64,000 nt of DNA, from NCBI GenBank assembly GCA_030704615.1, contig CM060731.1, forward strand, positions 88,784,001-88,848,000, in the 5' to 3' direction. Positions 36,701 to 51,100 of this stretch are shown in pieces; position 1 is the first letter of the stretch, and every line of letters begins with the position of its first letter. Under the pieces are notes generated by a model, which worked only from the letters and a program-made list of their open reading frames with translations, searched no databases and was not told where the DNA came from. Origin of the DNA: Takakia lepidozioides. Lineage: Eukaryota > Plantae > Bryophyta. Made by a program: the position numbers and the translations under genes.

Positions 36701-38796
36701 AACTGTAATGAAAGAGGTTGGGTGTAATGCCTGCTGCCTTCATATCCTCAAATGTAGCCCTTGCTTCCTCCTCCAATTTATGTGATGCACACACATTGAT
36801 AAGCGCACCATATATGACTGAGTCCTGTACCAGATTCCGGTTCTGCATCTCCTCTACAAACTCTCGAGCCTTTCCGTATCCATCTCGAGTCTTTGCACAT
36901 CCTGCAATCAACTGTCACGTTCCCAACGCTGCTTAATTTGCCCCTCGGCTATTTTCCAGATGATCATAGTGTGTATCTTCCCCTTCAAATTAAGGATAAA
37001 GATGTATCACTCCAAAGAATAACAGAACAATCCAACACCGTAGACAGATCTGCGGTCAAACGAAAAAATCAGCACAGCAAGAAAATATAATTGATTATGA
37101 AGTGGGGGAACCTACCGTACTGTACGTGATGATGTCAGGCTGAAGACCCTCCTGTTTCATCTGCTCGAATAGTCGAAACGCCTTATCTACTTTACCATTA
37201 TAAACCAGTGAACTGAGGATGGAGTTGCATACGTAGACATTGCAGCGGATCGAATTATCTAGTGGGAGCTCATTGTAGACTCGCAATGCCTTCTCTGAAC
37301 GGCCTGCCTTCCCCAGAACTGAAAAATAACTGGTATATGTTGGAGCTGAAAGTTTATCGTGGTTCTTCATCCAATCGAACAGCTGAGTGTTCCCCCACAA
37401 CCCCCAGAAAAAAAAGGAGGAAAGCATGGATATGTCCATGTCAGCCTAGCCTTAGTCTTTTCAACCCATTTGCTAGATCAAAGATCATCAAAGCACTCAT
37501 TGCCCACAATTTCGCTTGTGTTTATCCTTGCAACTTGCTGATGTAATTATTTTGAATTCATTGACATGTAAGCAAAAGATTTTTGTGCAGTGGTATTGGT
37601 ATGGAAAGTCTTCCAGACAGGAATTATCTGGCAGATGGCTCCTACGAACGCCATTCTTTAAAAGCAACAAACAACCAATAGGCTAGGGCTAGGTAAATGC
37701 CTTTGCATCGTGGAAACCGGAGTACAAGAATTGGGACTTTGCATTAAACTCGGGTTGTCTGAGCAGCCACAGCTAATAGAACTCCAAAAAAAAGAGCTCG
37801 TCAACACAAACTAGTAAAATAGGGGAACTGCGGAGAAGCAGGGTAGATAGAGAAGAAGGTACCGAAGATGATTCTTGCCATTTTCCAAGCCTGCCAAATC
37901 GACGCAATACTGCATTCAAGTCCATGGTCTCCATTCTATTACCAACACTGCCACATTATAACAAAATTATTGGTGTCAGTGATCATCAATATTGTCCCCA
38001 GCCTCCCACCTTATGTGTGCCCTCTTGTGCGGAAACACGAGTTTGATTGTAAGCACCTGAGTAGAGCAGCATTGAGGTCATTAGCAGTTTGAAGAGTGAG
38101 CATGGCGGTGCGTCTCTCAGTCCATGGATGTTGGCCAGGTTGTACTTTGCGGTCAGGGCTAATCCACAAGTACTTGTCAAAGTTACCTCCAAGATCCTCG
38201 GCATCTGGGTCCTTCCTGGTGTCGTGCGCCTTACCACTGGGATTGACCCAAACATCCCTCCTTAGTCTGCGGCTTTGATCGTCCCTCGTGCCTGCGAACA
38301 CGTCACCTTCCTGCTCTCCACCATTTCTTCCTTCTACCTTGTAATCTTGCTCACTATCAGAAACGCCTACGCCTTCACATGTACTATCAACTGCACTGTC
38401 TCTAAGTGTAACATTATCAGCCATAAAACTGTCACTATAGCCAGATTTCTTCGGAGTGCTATTCCTGCCCAACGGTAGCTCCGGTGCGCCTGCCACCGCA
38501 CTCCTGGCTTCCAGTCTGTCAGTCTCAGTCAGGATGTCTCCTTCTAACGTTTCTAAATTCACCCGAGCTACACCCCATTTTTTTCTCCACTGGCAAGGGT
38601 GCGAGCTTGCCCCCTGAAACCCAAAATCTGAACCTGCAAGTCCTGCTCCAAAGAATTGTGAGCTCAACTGAAGTGACATGCTCTGCAGCATGGCCGCTGC
38701 TATGTTGCAGTGTGTGCCTCCAGCTTTGTGAGCGCGGCCTGCAGAGCTGCTAGAATTTGAGGACAAGTAAGTAGAGGTTGAGCTGCCCCAATCCAT
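33731..38796 (-). CDS. P-class chloroplast PPR protein, At1g10910 (EMB3103)-like, multi-exon
   Basis: QLFDWM...[17 protein letters not shown]...[11 protein letters not shown] / [14 protein letters not shown]...[14 protein letters not shown]...[13 protein letters not shown], plus further PPR exons to a stop at 33731. Start codon uncertain (38796 or 38691). Confidence 0.85.
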
Positions 38797-40527
38797 CCCC
38801 ACCCTACCTGCCTATTCCCACTCCCTATGCCACGTCTGCACTACGCCTCCGACATGAGTACATGTATTTCTACCTTCTAGGTCTCATGTATTTGTCCACT
38901 GTACCTCAAATCCTCGGTGAGACATTACCGTGGGTCGCCGTATGGCAGAGTCCTTGTCTATGACGCTGTAACTTTTCAAAAAGTGGTGGGAAACCGACAC
39001 AGGTAAGTAGGTGTATCCAAATCGTATGGACATCAGTACAATCGTTGCGTATATACGGCACCGCCATAAGTATAGGAATGTGGATTCTGTTATGAACCGG
39101 AGCATCAATCGATGCGCTGAATACTCCGTAATGCTATCCAAATATATAATATATCGTAAATCCGTCCCATTTTAAAAAAACCTTTTTTCAAATATGTCGA
39201 TTTTTATTTTTATTTTTAGCAAAGAGGGACAGAGGCCTCTAAAATTTTATTGATATGGGGGGATATAAATCATCCCAAGGAGTACAAAGAGGAATTTTAT
39301 TTTTAAAAAGTGAGAACGCTTTATTTGGAAGGCCAAAAATTGAAACCCGCAAGAGGCACAAACACACTGAACACTGAGGTGGATGTCCTCCACCTTAGCG
39401 GCTGTACGTTACCTACTGGAAATTTGTTGGAGTGCCCCCGCCTCCATGTTGTCTCAAACTAGGGGAAGGCTGGAGTGTTGCGGGCTCTCCACAAGTTATA
39501 GCAGGGATCCGTGGCCGCCGCAGGCCCTCCCCCATTGCAATTTCTTTCTCTCTCTTTTTTCTTTTTTTTTTAAGAAAGGGGACGGAGGCCCTTTTAATGC
39601 AATTTCATTTGTAGGATCGGAGTTCGTTTTCTTCTCCGACCACAGCAAAAATGAGAGGGACTGACAGCTTGTGAATATGACTGGACAAAAACATACCAAA
39701 CAGAATGCACCAAGAAGTGGACGAATGAAAATCATACATCTCACTCGTTTGTTGGTGGTATTACCAACCGTATGGATGATAATGAGTAGGTGTATATGTA
39801 TGTACGTATTGTACGTGCAGTATTTGACTGTGTGCAGAGTATTGCGGGGGGCGGGTGTGAAGAGAGCAGAGCGGGAAGGCGAGGAGGAGGGCCCTCTGGG
39901 AGTGGACACATCCCAGCACAAGCACAAGCATCCCTCCCTGCGTGCGCTGTGGGTTTGTGGTGCTTGGGCAGGCTCAGACGTGCATGCCCTTCACATGCTG
40001 CCCTGCCAGTGTTCACTACTTTACTACATGTGTCCCCAGGCAGGCTTCGGCTGCGATCCATCGAGGTAGCCAAGTGGTTAAGTTGGGATCATAGAGTATG
40101 AATTTGGTTGTATTGGTGTCCCGGTGTTACAGGAACTGACGCACCATTTTTGGCCTGATGAGCAGCTCTATTGCCTGGAACTCGAAGAACAAGGATCGCT
40201 CACTTACTCGGATTGGACTGAGGAGCAATTGAGATCCGGCATATATGCTGGTCGTGGAAAATCTGGTGTCAAGATTTGTGAGTAGGGGGGGGAGGTTGGA
40301 TGGGCCTGCGCATGGCTCAAAACGTGCTGTAGTATCCAAGGATGCACACGATCAGAGGGTGGAGGCTGAGGAATTGGTCAGTTTCTCGGATGGGCTGCCA
40401 GATCTTATCCTATTTCACATTAAGCGGCATTTCAGAGACGGCGAATAAGAAAGCAGCCCCTTCTTCATATGAGATGAGACTTCTGTGAGTTTTGAGTCAG
40501 GTGCAAGAATTATTTAGGGTTCATACT

Positions 40528-43500
40528 ATGGGGAGGACATCCACGGGAGCTCCGGCGTTCCGATTCATGCCCTCGGAGGTACTTCCGTTTATTCCTGAGA
40601 CTGTAGACCCTTTATTTTGTACCTTTCAGTTTTTCAGTACAGTGAAACTCTTTGGGGATTCTGGAAGCCCCGAGCGAGTCATTAGAGCGTTCATTAGGGC
40701 ATACTATAGTCGCCAAGCAAGGTTTGCTTGTGTTACAAGCTGATGAAGGTGACCATTTAAACGTGTCAACGTGCAAGATGTAGAATCAATACTGTTCTTA
40801 TAGTTCGGGGACATGGTTGGCGGGGTAAGGTTGGTGATATGGAGAAAGCCCTGGAGTCGTGCAAGGGTGCAACTCCGGCTCGCAGCGTCATTGAGTCGCT
40901 TTCTGCGAAGTTCAGGTGTGCATAATTATTTGCCAAGCCATACAATAATGGCATCACGTGACTATTGATTCACGAGAAATGGGCTAAGGGGTTCCAGGTG
41001 ATGTTGATTGAGTCCTGATTCATCTTGATTTTGGGCTTGTATGGTTCAGCAACGAACGAGCTGGTCAAAGGCCGGTACAGTGGAAACAGGTACTTCTTAT
41101 GCCTTCCTTTTTATACCCTCCGTCCATACAAATTCATTGGCCCCCTGTTACTGTTCCATGTACCTGGACTCAGACCATTGCCGTGTCAAGTAGAAAAGAG
41201 TCATTTCGAATCTGTTTCAAGTTTTTCTTGCTAATAAAGGATGGATGAATGTGGAATTCTTTTCAATGAGCAGGTGTGGAATTGGTTTCAAAATAGGCGA
41301 CATTCTCAGAAGACCAAGGGTCAGAGAACACCTGAGAAGCTGAAGGCCATTGCGGTGGGCAGTGATGCATCTCTTTCAGGCAGAGGACCACTGGTGACTG
41401 GTGAGTGGGGATACTTGGGTTCCTTTTCCGGGCTTTGTAGGCTTCTTGCTCTTCAGATTGTGTGTACTGGTTTTTGTCCAATTAGGTGCTGATAGCCGCA
41501 GTTGCAAGCCATATTGGCCAAGTGGCATAGTGGCGGCAGGAAACAGGGGGGGAGAGGGATTTGAGAATATAGCGGTACAATGCTCTTTTGCCAGATCGGT
41601 TGAGGTTTTGATCATGAGCCAGGTTTCAATATGAAGTTTCCACATAATATCTAACCCATAAGAATTTCTTGCATCCCATGTCCTTCCCTAAGATTGCACC
41701 AGGTCCATATGATTCTTGTATTGAGCTCAGAAGCAATATCTACTCAGTGTCCTTGCAAACCTCAAAGTGTCCTGATGTATTTTTTAGGAGTCTGTCCCTG
41801 CAACTTTTCAAAGACTCGATGAGAGACAGATATTTTTGTGCAGTCCTTAGTAGTTGTACACCGCATTTACAAGCTTTAGTGCCAAGTTAGGCCTGAGATT
41901 TTAGGTGCAAGATGAGCACTGATGTAAGTATCTCGGTTTACTTTCCTTTCACATAGCTGATGTCCATGGGATGTGATAAGTGCTTTGACCAGCACCTCAC
42001 TATTGCTCGACCAACCTGCCATGCGTGCTTTTTCGTCACAGTAGGATGGCACAATAGAGAGAAAAGGAAAGAAATTACCATCCTGCTCAAAGAGTCTAGG
42101 AAAAGCTCATCTCATCTCTTATGCCTTTTATACAAAAATGTAGGTCTCCTCAGTAAGTTTTTCGGGTAATTATGTGACCACAAGGTCAAAGGCCTGGATC
42201 TCTTCACATACTGGTTGTAACTAGAACAAATGTGTAATGACTGAGCTTTCTGGAGGTTTAATCTATCCGATTTTGTTAAACGTTTCCATAGTACATGGGG
42301 TCTTGGATGAACCCGTGGGATTAGTGACTAGTGTTACATATTTAGTAATGTTTGTGGGGTGCTTGATACTTAATCTTCTGCAGTGTCAAAACTGAGTAAT
42401 CGCTCATTCTTTCCCTGCCATCTATTGACAATGATAGGGGAGTGAAACGAAGTTTGGTTTGTACTCTGGGTTACAATCCGGTGGCCAGCAGAGATTCTGA
42501 GAGGCCAACGTCCTGCACTATAAGCTCCACAGCATAGGCCAACTAGATGTGGGTCAACACAGTACTTTTGTATCTTGAAATTTGTGAAGCCTACTATCAT
42601 GATATTATAATTTGGGTCAAAGTATTTAGCACGCGCAAGGCAATTGTAACTGACTTGACAAGCAAGAGATCAAGCTCCAAACAAGCAGCCAATTTTGAGC
42701 AGCATTATTCAATGTATTTAAATACCTGCAATGAATTGCATATCATTGTTCTGTTTGACATGGAATATGGTTGAGGTTCTCGGCATCACAGACTTTGCAT
42801 GGGTGGGTGAGACATACCGTGACTGAGTCATTTTTAGGGAGTTGAAATAAAGAGATGCATAGCATTTGTTCTGGGAAAGTGCTCGTTGCCTGGTTATCTT
42901 TAAGCTGTGTTGAACTGTGGCCGCATTGTTCACTTGCAGGTAGAAAGGGAAGTGATCCTCAACAGCTGGATTTTGAAGCAAAATCTGTGAGAGATGGAGC
43001 TTGGTAGGCTTTTACTATCATCTATTTGAAGTGTCGTTTCTAAATGTATAAGAAAAATTGTAGTCACCAAATACTCCTGGCCCTTCTGGTCAAAGCAAGA
43101 GGTGCACTTCTATCAGCAGAGTGAATTTTTTTGGTTTCTGCAGATGCGACACTGATCATGGTGCCACATAACTGTACAACACATTTTGGTTGTGCTGGTG
43201 TTAAAACAAGAGCTTACCTGTCCTCCACATCCACCCATGAAGTAGACAGTGCACTGGTTCTCAGTGGTGGCAATGCAGAGAGCACAGGGTTATTGGCCAC
43301 ATCCATTTTCTGGCATTCAATCTGGTCATTGATTTTGCTGCCCTAAGTGTTCATCAAGGATGGATGCTTAGGAAGCAGTGAGTGGTGTTAAGAGGGTGGG
43401 TTATGAGTGATGTGATCCAGGTATGACGTATCGTCTTTCATCAGCAGGCGCACTACAGCCTCTGGTGAGCCGGTAAGCTCCAGACATGTACATTTATTCA

Positions 43501-45722
43501 AGGCACAGGATATAGGAGGGGCTGGGGGGTGAAAAGGGTGTCAGTCCCCACCTTACGTTTTGTAGCCTCACTTTATAAGCATTTTGTTCACCTGTATACA
43601 TCAATCTGTGTGAATGAAGATTGGAGACACAGGTATCTGACATTTCCTTTCTTCATGCTTTCTTGTCCCTGTTGGAAGCAGTAGAGAAAGAGAGAAGAGA
43701 AGGGCAGGGGAACAGAGGAGAAGAATGAGGCCCGCTACCCTCATGACCAGCCCTGGTAGGATGCAAGGTTGGCTCTGACTGGCCATCCCAAGTCAACTTT
43801 TCCTCCCAAAGCTCATTTCGATAGCTGATAGGAAGAGGGTGGGGCAGGAGGTGTGCGTGAGGTTTTCAGGGTTTGGAGCTGAGGAGGATGAATGGGTGCT
43901 GGTGAAAACTGCAGTTCGCCAGCGCTCTCTCCCATGTGAAGCCAGTGAATGTGTGGCAGTGCTGCCTGGTGATCTTATCCTCTGCTTCCAGGTCTGCCCC
44001 AGTTTCACTTTGTAGCTCCATCGTCTCCGAGGTCACTTGTTTTCCTTAAACCCCCTCTGATATGGAGAATGGGAGAGCCTTCTCTACTGGTAGAAAGTAA
44101 GAGACCGGACTTGTATGTACTCAAGAGCTTCAGAAAGAGCAGGTATGTCTGCTATGTGGATAATTCTGTTCGGGAATTCCTGGGATTCTGCACTTTCACA
44201 GGAGATCTGGAAACGTGCACCAAACCTCAAGGTCAGGTGCTTTTTGGGAAAGAGGAAGGGAGATACGAAAAAGAGTCCTTGTCTCAATTCACACTTAGGA
44301 TGAAAACAAATGGAATGTTACAAGATAATGATATTTTTGCCATTTTAGATTATCCTAAATAACTCTCCGCGTTGTTCCTCAGTACCTCAGTGGTAGAGCG
44401 GTCGGCTGTTAGTTCTTAGCCCTTTTGCAGCTGGATAATCCCGAGCTACAAGAGCTCCTATCATCGGTATTCAAGTTGAAAGAGTTAATTCGAAGTTTTC
44501 CGGAAAGTCGAGCTGGCAGGGCTCAAATGGCTCATGACACTCTTGCTCAGCAACAGTGCAAACTTTTGTACCATGTGGACTTTAACTATTACTCCAACTA
44601 AAGTGCTTCTGCCAAAGTCTGTGAGTGCAGACATGTTGCACCAGACCATCACTAAGAATGCTCTTCCATTGTTGAGCATGTGCCATGCTCAATTGTATGG
44701 ATTGTTTATTGATAAAATCTGAGGTCCTTTGTCTACATCTAAAAAGTGTGTCGGAGGCCAATTGTGCAAGAATTGGATTCGTGACTGAGAGCATCTGCCT
44801 ACTTTCTTTGTGCAGGAGGGCAATGAGCAGGCATTATACTTTGATGCAGATATCCTGGATGTGCAGCGGCGCAGACATGATGTGCGTGGCTGTCGCTGTC
44901 GCTTTTGGGTGCGCTATCGCCATGACCAAACTGAGGTACCTATGCTTTTGTGTTCTGTGCATCTACGATTAGTGTTTTAAATGTTTGTATACCAGGGAGA
45001 ATCCTCAGACATACATTTTGATTGACTTTGGGAGGTTTAAGGAAGATGTGTATATCAGGTACAAAAGGAACTAGGTAAAGATCTTCTGCAAGAGAGGCAT
45101 TTACAATGATACTTTTTTGTACTGAAGGCCTCGAATCGTTGTGGTGGACATTTAGGAGGTGGTGCCGTTGAGAAAAGTATGCAGAAGACCTGAAACAGAG
45201 CAACGGCTTCACCAACCACAGGGACAGGACCCAGGCCCCCAAGCTGGTACGTCCACAAGCAACACCACTACTGTCACCCCCTCCCAACCTGCTCCTGGTG
45301 GAGAGGTCTCCCGCCCAAGCAGTGCAGGCATAGTGCAGAGCGCCTCCATACAGCCAAATGCTTCCTCTAGAAGTGCTGCTGCACCCAGCCTAGTCCCTCC
45401 TGCTGAGGGGACTCCAATTAATGCCGTTGAAGCTCCTGGTGGGAAGTCCAAGGTGGTGCCTTTACCAGCACCAACAGCAGCAGTGGTGGCAGGTCCAACT
45501 CCAGCACTCACATCAGCAGCAGTCCCAGCAATGGTACCAGTCCCCTTGCCAGCAGTAAGTCCTGCTCTAGAGCCAACTTTAGCACCCACAGCCACAATGG
45601 TGGTGCGAGAGCCAAAATCAGAGCCAGAGCCAGCACAGGTTCCAGATGGAGACCCTTCTGCAACCACCATGAGTGCACCAGATAGTGCAGCTCCAGAAGG
45701 TTATACTGAACTAGGGTCCTGA
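40528..45722 (+). CDS. SAWADEE homeodomain homolog (SHH1/SHH2-like), multi-exon
   Basis: [17 protein letters not shown]; VQWKQ|VWNWFQNRR homeodomain; [11 protein letters not shown]|YDV; [13 protein letters not shown]...[12 protein letters not shown]; ALYFDA...[17 protein letters not shown]; [10 protein letters not shown]. Confidence 0.93.
44376..44411 (+). pseudogene. trnN: 5' half of plastid-type tRNA-Asn(GUU), probable organellar DNA insertion in an SHH intron
   Basis: TCCTCAGTACCTCAGTGGTAGAGCGGTCGGCTGTTA matches the plastid trnN-GUU 5' half as recalled (TCCTCAGTAGCTCAGTGGTAGAGCGGTCGGCTGTTA) with one mismatch; 3' half absent. Confidence 0.7.
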
Positions 45723-48149
45723 TGTTGAGTAGTGATTGAGGCCTTGTGTCTTTTTTAATGTCAAATAATATGGAGAAATGGTGTTGAAGGCCACCAGCAA
45801 AGGATGATCAGCCATGGTCCTTGCTTGCAGTTGGACAGTTGATAGTGGATTGGTGCTGTGCAGTGAAATTCACAAAGGTTTTGCTCTTTTCAGTTTTGAT
45901 TGCTGCACCATGTGTTTACATGTGATAGAGGTAGCATGGATAGCATCCTGGTGAAGGAAAACCTTCATTGTGGATTTTAGACAGTCAACTCCATTGGAGC
46001 AAGTTTGAGTCAAACCTGCTTAAGTGGATTTGAAGTGGTATAAAAAGATAGTCAGTGCGGCACAAGTTTTTGAAGCTGTTGTTAGAAGTAAGAACTCTCG
46101 GCTTTTCTTTGACATTGAGCTCTTGTTCCATTGTTATCTTACTGTGTCGTAAACCCACGGGGAGAGACTCCCCTTAACTTGAAGGTTCTTCACTAGATTT
46201 CTAGCCTAAATATTACACTGCTAATTTTAACTAACTGCTAGTTAATTAACAAAATGTGAGGCCCTAATTCTCATTAGTTAGTTAGCTGATCAGATGCCTG
46301 ATTGCAAGTTCCCCCCTTAACTTGTAGATGATGAGTTTTACTATCATGTAACAACCCATTAGAAAGTTGAAGAGATCCTCATACTTGAGTGCCAGGTTGC
46401 TATTAGGCAATAAGCAACAGCTTTGCTGGAGTTGGTGTCAATGGCCATGCCCCTTGTTCCTGCCCAGCAATGGGGCAGTGAGCCACTAAGGCCAGGATGG
46501 GTCAAACCCATTTCCAATGCAGGACTGAATTAAGCTTGTGAGTGCCAAAAATTGCGTTTGTTACCATAATCTTTATTTGTCCTTGCCACTACCTGCTCAC
46601 TACCACCACCTGCCAATGGACTGCGCAGACCACCATTTTCAGTTGTCAAGTTCTCATGTGACTAGAAGCCTGTGATAGTTCTCATGGAGCTGTAATAAGA
46701 GTGTGAAACATGTTGGTGTAGCTGCACCGTTCCCTGGTCTCTAGAAAATCTGGGTGGCCTTACAATGTGCATGCAATGGAAACTCAGTTGTAGATGATCC
46801 ATGGACTTGATTTTTCCCAACCCCAGACTTGGTATGACACAAAGCCCTCTATTTCACATAATGGGACATTTTTCTATACTTCAAAATATGACTTGATAAG
46901 GGAAATTCTACCAAAGCCTAGTGGTAAAAGCTGGAATATGATATTCCATGGTATTCCTGGGGCAAAAACATGAGATCCACAAAGTGAAGTTTTTTGGACA
47001 GGAAGGTATTCAAAATTTGTAAAGGAAATTCTGAGCCAGTCATCACGACTCTGCTTTCTGGAGGCTTTCCTAGTCTACTTTACAAGGTCCTGGACACGAG
47101 CTTGTGCATTGACAAGATTTCTAATGCACGTCCAACCAAGTCCGACTACATGTGGCATGCAGGAATCAAGTATGGAAGTCTGGCATGCTGCCGGGGAAGG
47201 TCCATATGGGGAGCTTGGGCCTTGCACTCCAGTCACTGTATGCAGCGATGCAAATCAGCATGTCTTGGGACTTGTTTCATCCCACTTGGGCTGCATACCA
47301 AAATCCTGGCAAATGGCCTGATCTCAGGACTTCCGACTGGCTATCCTATCAATCTGAAGCAGCTAGTGGCTCCTTGAAAAACTCCACAGCACAGGTGCTC
47401 TGTACCTGAACCCCAAGAGAAATTCATCCACAAGTCGGCTTAGACTTTGTCCACTGTATACTCCAGATCAGTCATCAAAGGTTTTGAAATGAAGTTCTGA
47501 ATTGTACTCACCTGCAATGTGTCCCACCTTTGCTTACAGGTTGAACTCCCGTTGCCAGGCATTGCTATTTAAGAATTCTGATTTCTTAAATAGAACTCTG
47601 AACAGGGAGTTCAATCAGGACATGCTAGTACTAAGTAAATGTTTGTCCTAGTTAGAATCCAAGTACCAAATATGTAACTTGTCTATTCTCTGGAGTGGTT
47701 TCCGTTCATCTCTTAAGCAGCCATCACAGTTCTTGAATAATATCTCAGATACTTCTTGCAATCAAGTACAGTGTTACTGTTGCAAGATTGATGGAAAATG
47801 TGCTCAACAGCTGAACGTTTGTAGAAGCCACAGTATAAGATCACCCATCTGTGACAAACAAGGCAGTAAGATAGCGGCGCATGCAGCCACTGCCAGGAGA
47901 AAAATGTGCACCTCTTATTGAACCTGCCCAATTAAAGGGCAGGGACTCGAAGTTACCAATTTTCAATTCAGAACAACAACTGGGCTACTGTCACCAGAAA
48001 ACTATAGTAATATTGTACAAAGGCAGGCGTGCGTATGAGGTACAATTGCAGATAGACCTCCCGAGCCAGCGCGACCATGAACTTTGCGACTTAGATCCTT
48101 GATAGCCCTGCCAGGTCCTGTGGCAAAAAGCCAAAACCTGTGTAGCTGT

Positions 48150-51100
48150 TTAGACCATTTCATTACTGTAATCTTCTCTCACACTGTTTAATCGTCTACT
48201 CCACTCACCATTTGAAAGCTGACTAGATGACTCAACCTCTGGTGAACCCTCAGCAACTTGTGGCATGGTGTGGTTGTTGCTGTTCCGACGCTTGCCCAGC
48301 TTGCACAAACTTTGGACCACTGTACGTATTCTAGGTCGCCTCCTTGCTTGCTGCTCAACACACTTGTAGGCCAGTGCTGCCATTGAACCTAAATCTTCAG
48401 TGTTGCATTTTCCAGCCAGTCTTGAATCGAGTAACTCCCCCCAGCCGTCCTTTCCATCTACACCCATGGCTGCCTGCACTCCATGATATCAAAGCAGTCA
48501 CCCCCATGCCATAAACGCTACTCGTAACTTCCCACTATTCCCGGACACCAATATGATATAAACAGTTCCCAAAAAGTGCTGCATGGAACAGGCACAGACT
48601 AACATGAGGCAGACAAGATGCATTAGGAGATCAACGTACGAGATGGACATAGTCCATTAGTCCCTGTTGTGGGTTGCGGGCAGTTATGAGCTCAAACAGA
48701 AGCACTCCAAAGCTGTACACATCACTTTTTTCCGTGAAAATGTTGCTGGTCACATATTCGGGGTCCACATATCCAAATGTTCCCCTCACACCTGATGCTG
48801 TGGAATCTGTACTAGCCTCTTTGGATAGTCCAAAATCAGCCACCTGTAGCCACACCATTCTGTCATTAATAGTGTAAGAATAAAATGCGAAACAAATGAG
48901 ATCTAGGGCATTTCAAGTACATCACACACATTATCATGCAGCTCCATTAAGAACTACAACCAAGGGCAAGAGAAACTACCCAAGAGAAATTAACCAACTT
49001 ACCCTAGCCGTCATTGAGTCATCCAGTAAAATGTTTGCCGATTTGATGTCGCGATGCACTACTGGTGGTATTGCCTGCGACCCAAAATCCAGCTCCCTTA
49101 GTAATACTACGGCTGTAAGGAAAAACGGGTAGTAGGGCAGGATACTTGGTCTTCAAGACTTGACATAAGTAAAACTGCTACCTTCACCTGGTAATGAGAG
49201 CTCATGACCCAGGTGTTCTATTGGACAGTACCACAGCCTCATGTGAGAGCCTCGCAATACCTCCTGTCAGGTGCTCATATGTTCAAGCCAGCAATAAGGG
49301 ACTTGGGGGAAAAACCGATCAACATAAACCAAAAGAGAAACCCCTACTCCATGCAAGAATTTAAGGGGAAGGCTCCTGCATGGGGGGCCCTGTCTGGGCC
49401 CATTGGTTGCAAGCTACCTCAATGAAAGCTGCTTCTGCCTACAGAGAATAAAAATTTACTTCTGACCAAGAGTTTGTACATGTTGAGGGCCTCACACATC
49501 TGCATTCTGAGTAGAGAGAGATAATGTAACATGCCCCAACACAATGGTGTTACAAATCAACACCAGGAAGGGTGTTAACGTAAAGGCTAATGTCTAATGG
49601 CACAAGTCTAGGAGGCAAAAAGGGACATACTCCTTCATGAAGATATTCAATTCCTCTTGAGACATCTTGAGCTATACGCACCCTCCGGTCCCAGCTCAGA
49701 GGCTCATGTTCCTCATCTGTGACAATTTCCCCATATTAATTACAAGACTACTCAAGTTTTCATCAGCACTGAGGCAAACACAAGAATCTTACCCTCAAAG
49801 CACAAGCTGTCCATTCTACTGCTCAAAACACTCTCTACACACACCGTACTCCACATATGCTGATTTTGCACAACTGTAAAAGCTCCTATGTTGGACCCTA
49901 CTGACCCATTTAACAATCCAGAAAAATATCTCCAACACATTTTCCAACATCTTCCACAATTCCATTGCCTCCTTGATGCTAAAGCTACCACCAGGAAACT
50001 AATAATGCCAAATAAGTTCTCAGCTGTTTCCAGGTTCTTACTGTATCCTTCAGGTTGTAATTGCATCAAAAAATATGTGCTCTGAATTTGACTAATCAAC
50101 AAGTCCTTGCCTTCACACCCCTGATCTGCACTCATGGTAATAAACTTGTTCATCTACAGCCTACAAGGGTGCTCCTGGCTAGAAGTAGTGCATGTGCTGC
50201 TCCAGCTGCCGTATAAATGTAGATAAGTCTAAAGGTGAAAATGCCCACAAACTGAACACACCATTTAATCGCTGAGCCAGACTCCCGTGACTCATATACT
50301 CATACACCAGCATACGCTGGCCACGCTCCTCACAGTAGCCCACCAAGTTCACTAAATTGCGATGATGCAGCCTTCCCAGCAGCATTACCTGCTCCAATAT
50401 CCCATCCTCATTTAGCCTTCCTCTTGCTGTGTCATCAAAATCAGAACGAGCTCTTGCATAAGCATTCACGTTGATGTGCTAAAAATTGATTAAGTAATGT
50501 AAAGTTTGGTGCTCTCTCCCCCACCTTAATGGACTTTTTGATTGGAGAACCCATTGTCCACCCAATTTGCCTTCTCTGCCAAATAGAAACCCCCAAGGTC
50601 TCTGAAACTAATGATAAGCGGAAGACTCTGGTAATGACGGGGACCAGGGTGCTGCTAGGCCACCCAGCTGTAAGTCGGAACAGGGCCACCCAACTGCATC
50701 GGCTGAGAGAACTTTACAATGCCTCATGCCCTCAACAGAACATGAGTAGTGAAGGCAGCAGCAGAGTGGCAACAACCACTGAGGCCCTTCTATCCTAATC
50801 TGCCTTTTCTTGATGCATCCATGTTGCTGGCACTAAGCAGCTGTATCCCACCTACTGATCTTCACTGAGGATAATAAGCAGCCAACCTTTAAGATGCAAC
50901 CACAAATATGCTTGGACGCAAAGGATTTCCAGGGTTGATTGGGCAGGAACAACTTGCAAGCTAAGGTGGAGTGGACATGCTCTCGTCCTAACCCAATTCA
51001 AACCTTCAAAAGAGATGCCATTGGGGTTCAACTGACGAGCAAAATCCACTATGCCCATTCGACAAAATTTTGGATCATCCAATTCTTTTGGTTCCTGAAC

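Noticed and set aside
39180-39610. T-rich tracts followed by aaag(a)ggg(g)ac(a/g)gaggcc, possibly LINE 3' ends
   Set aside because: Too short, with no TSD or coding remnant to support a call.
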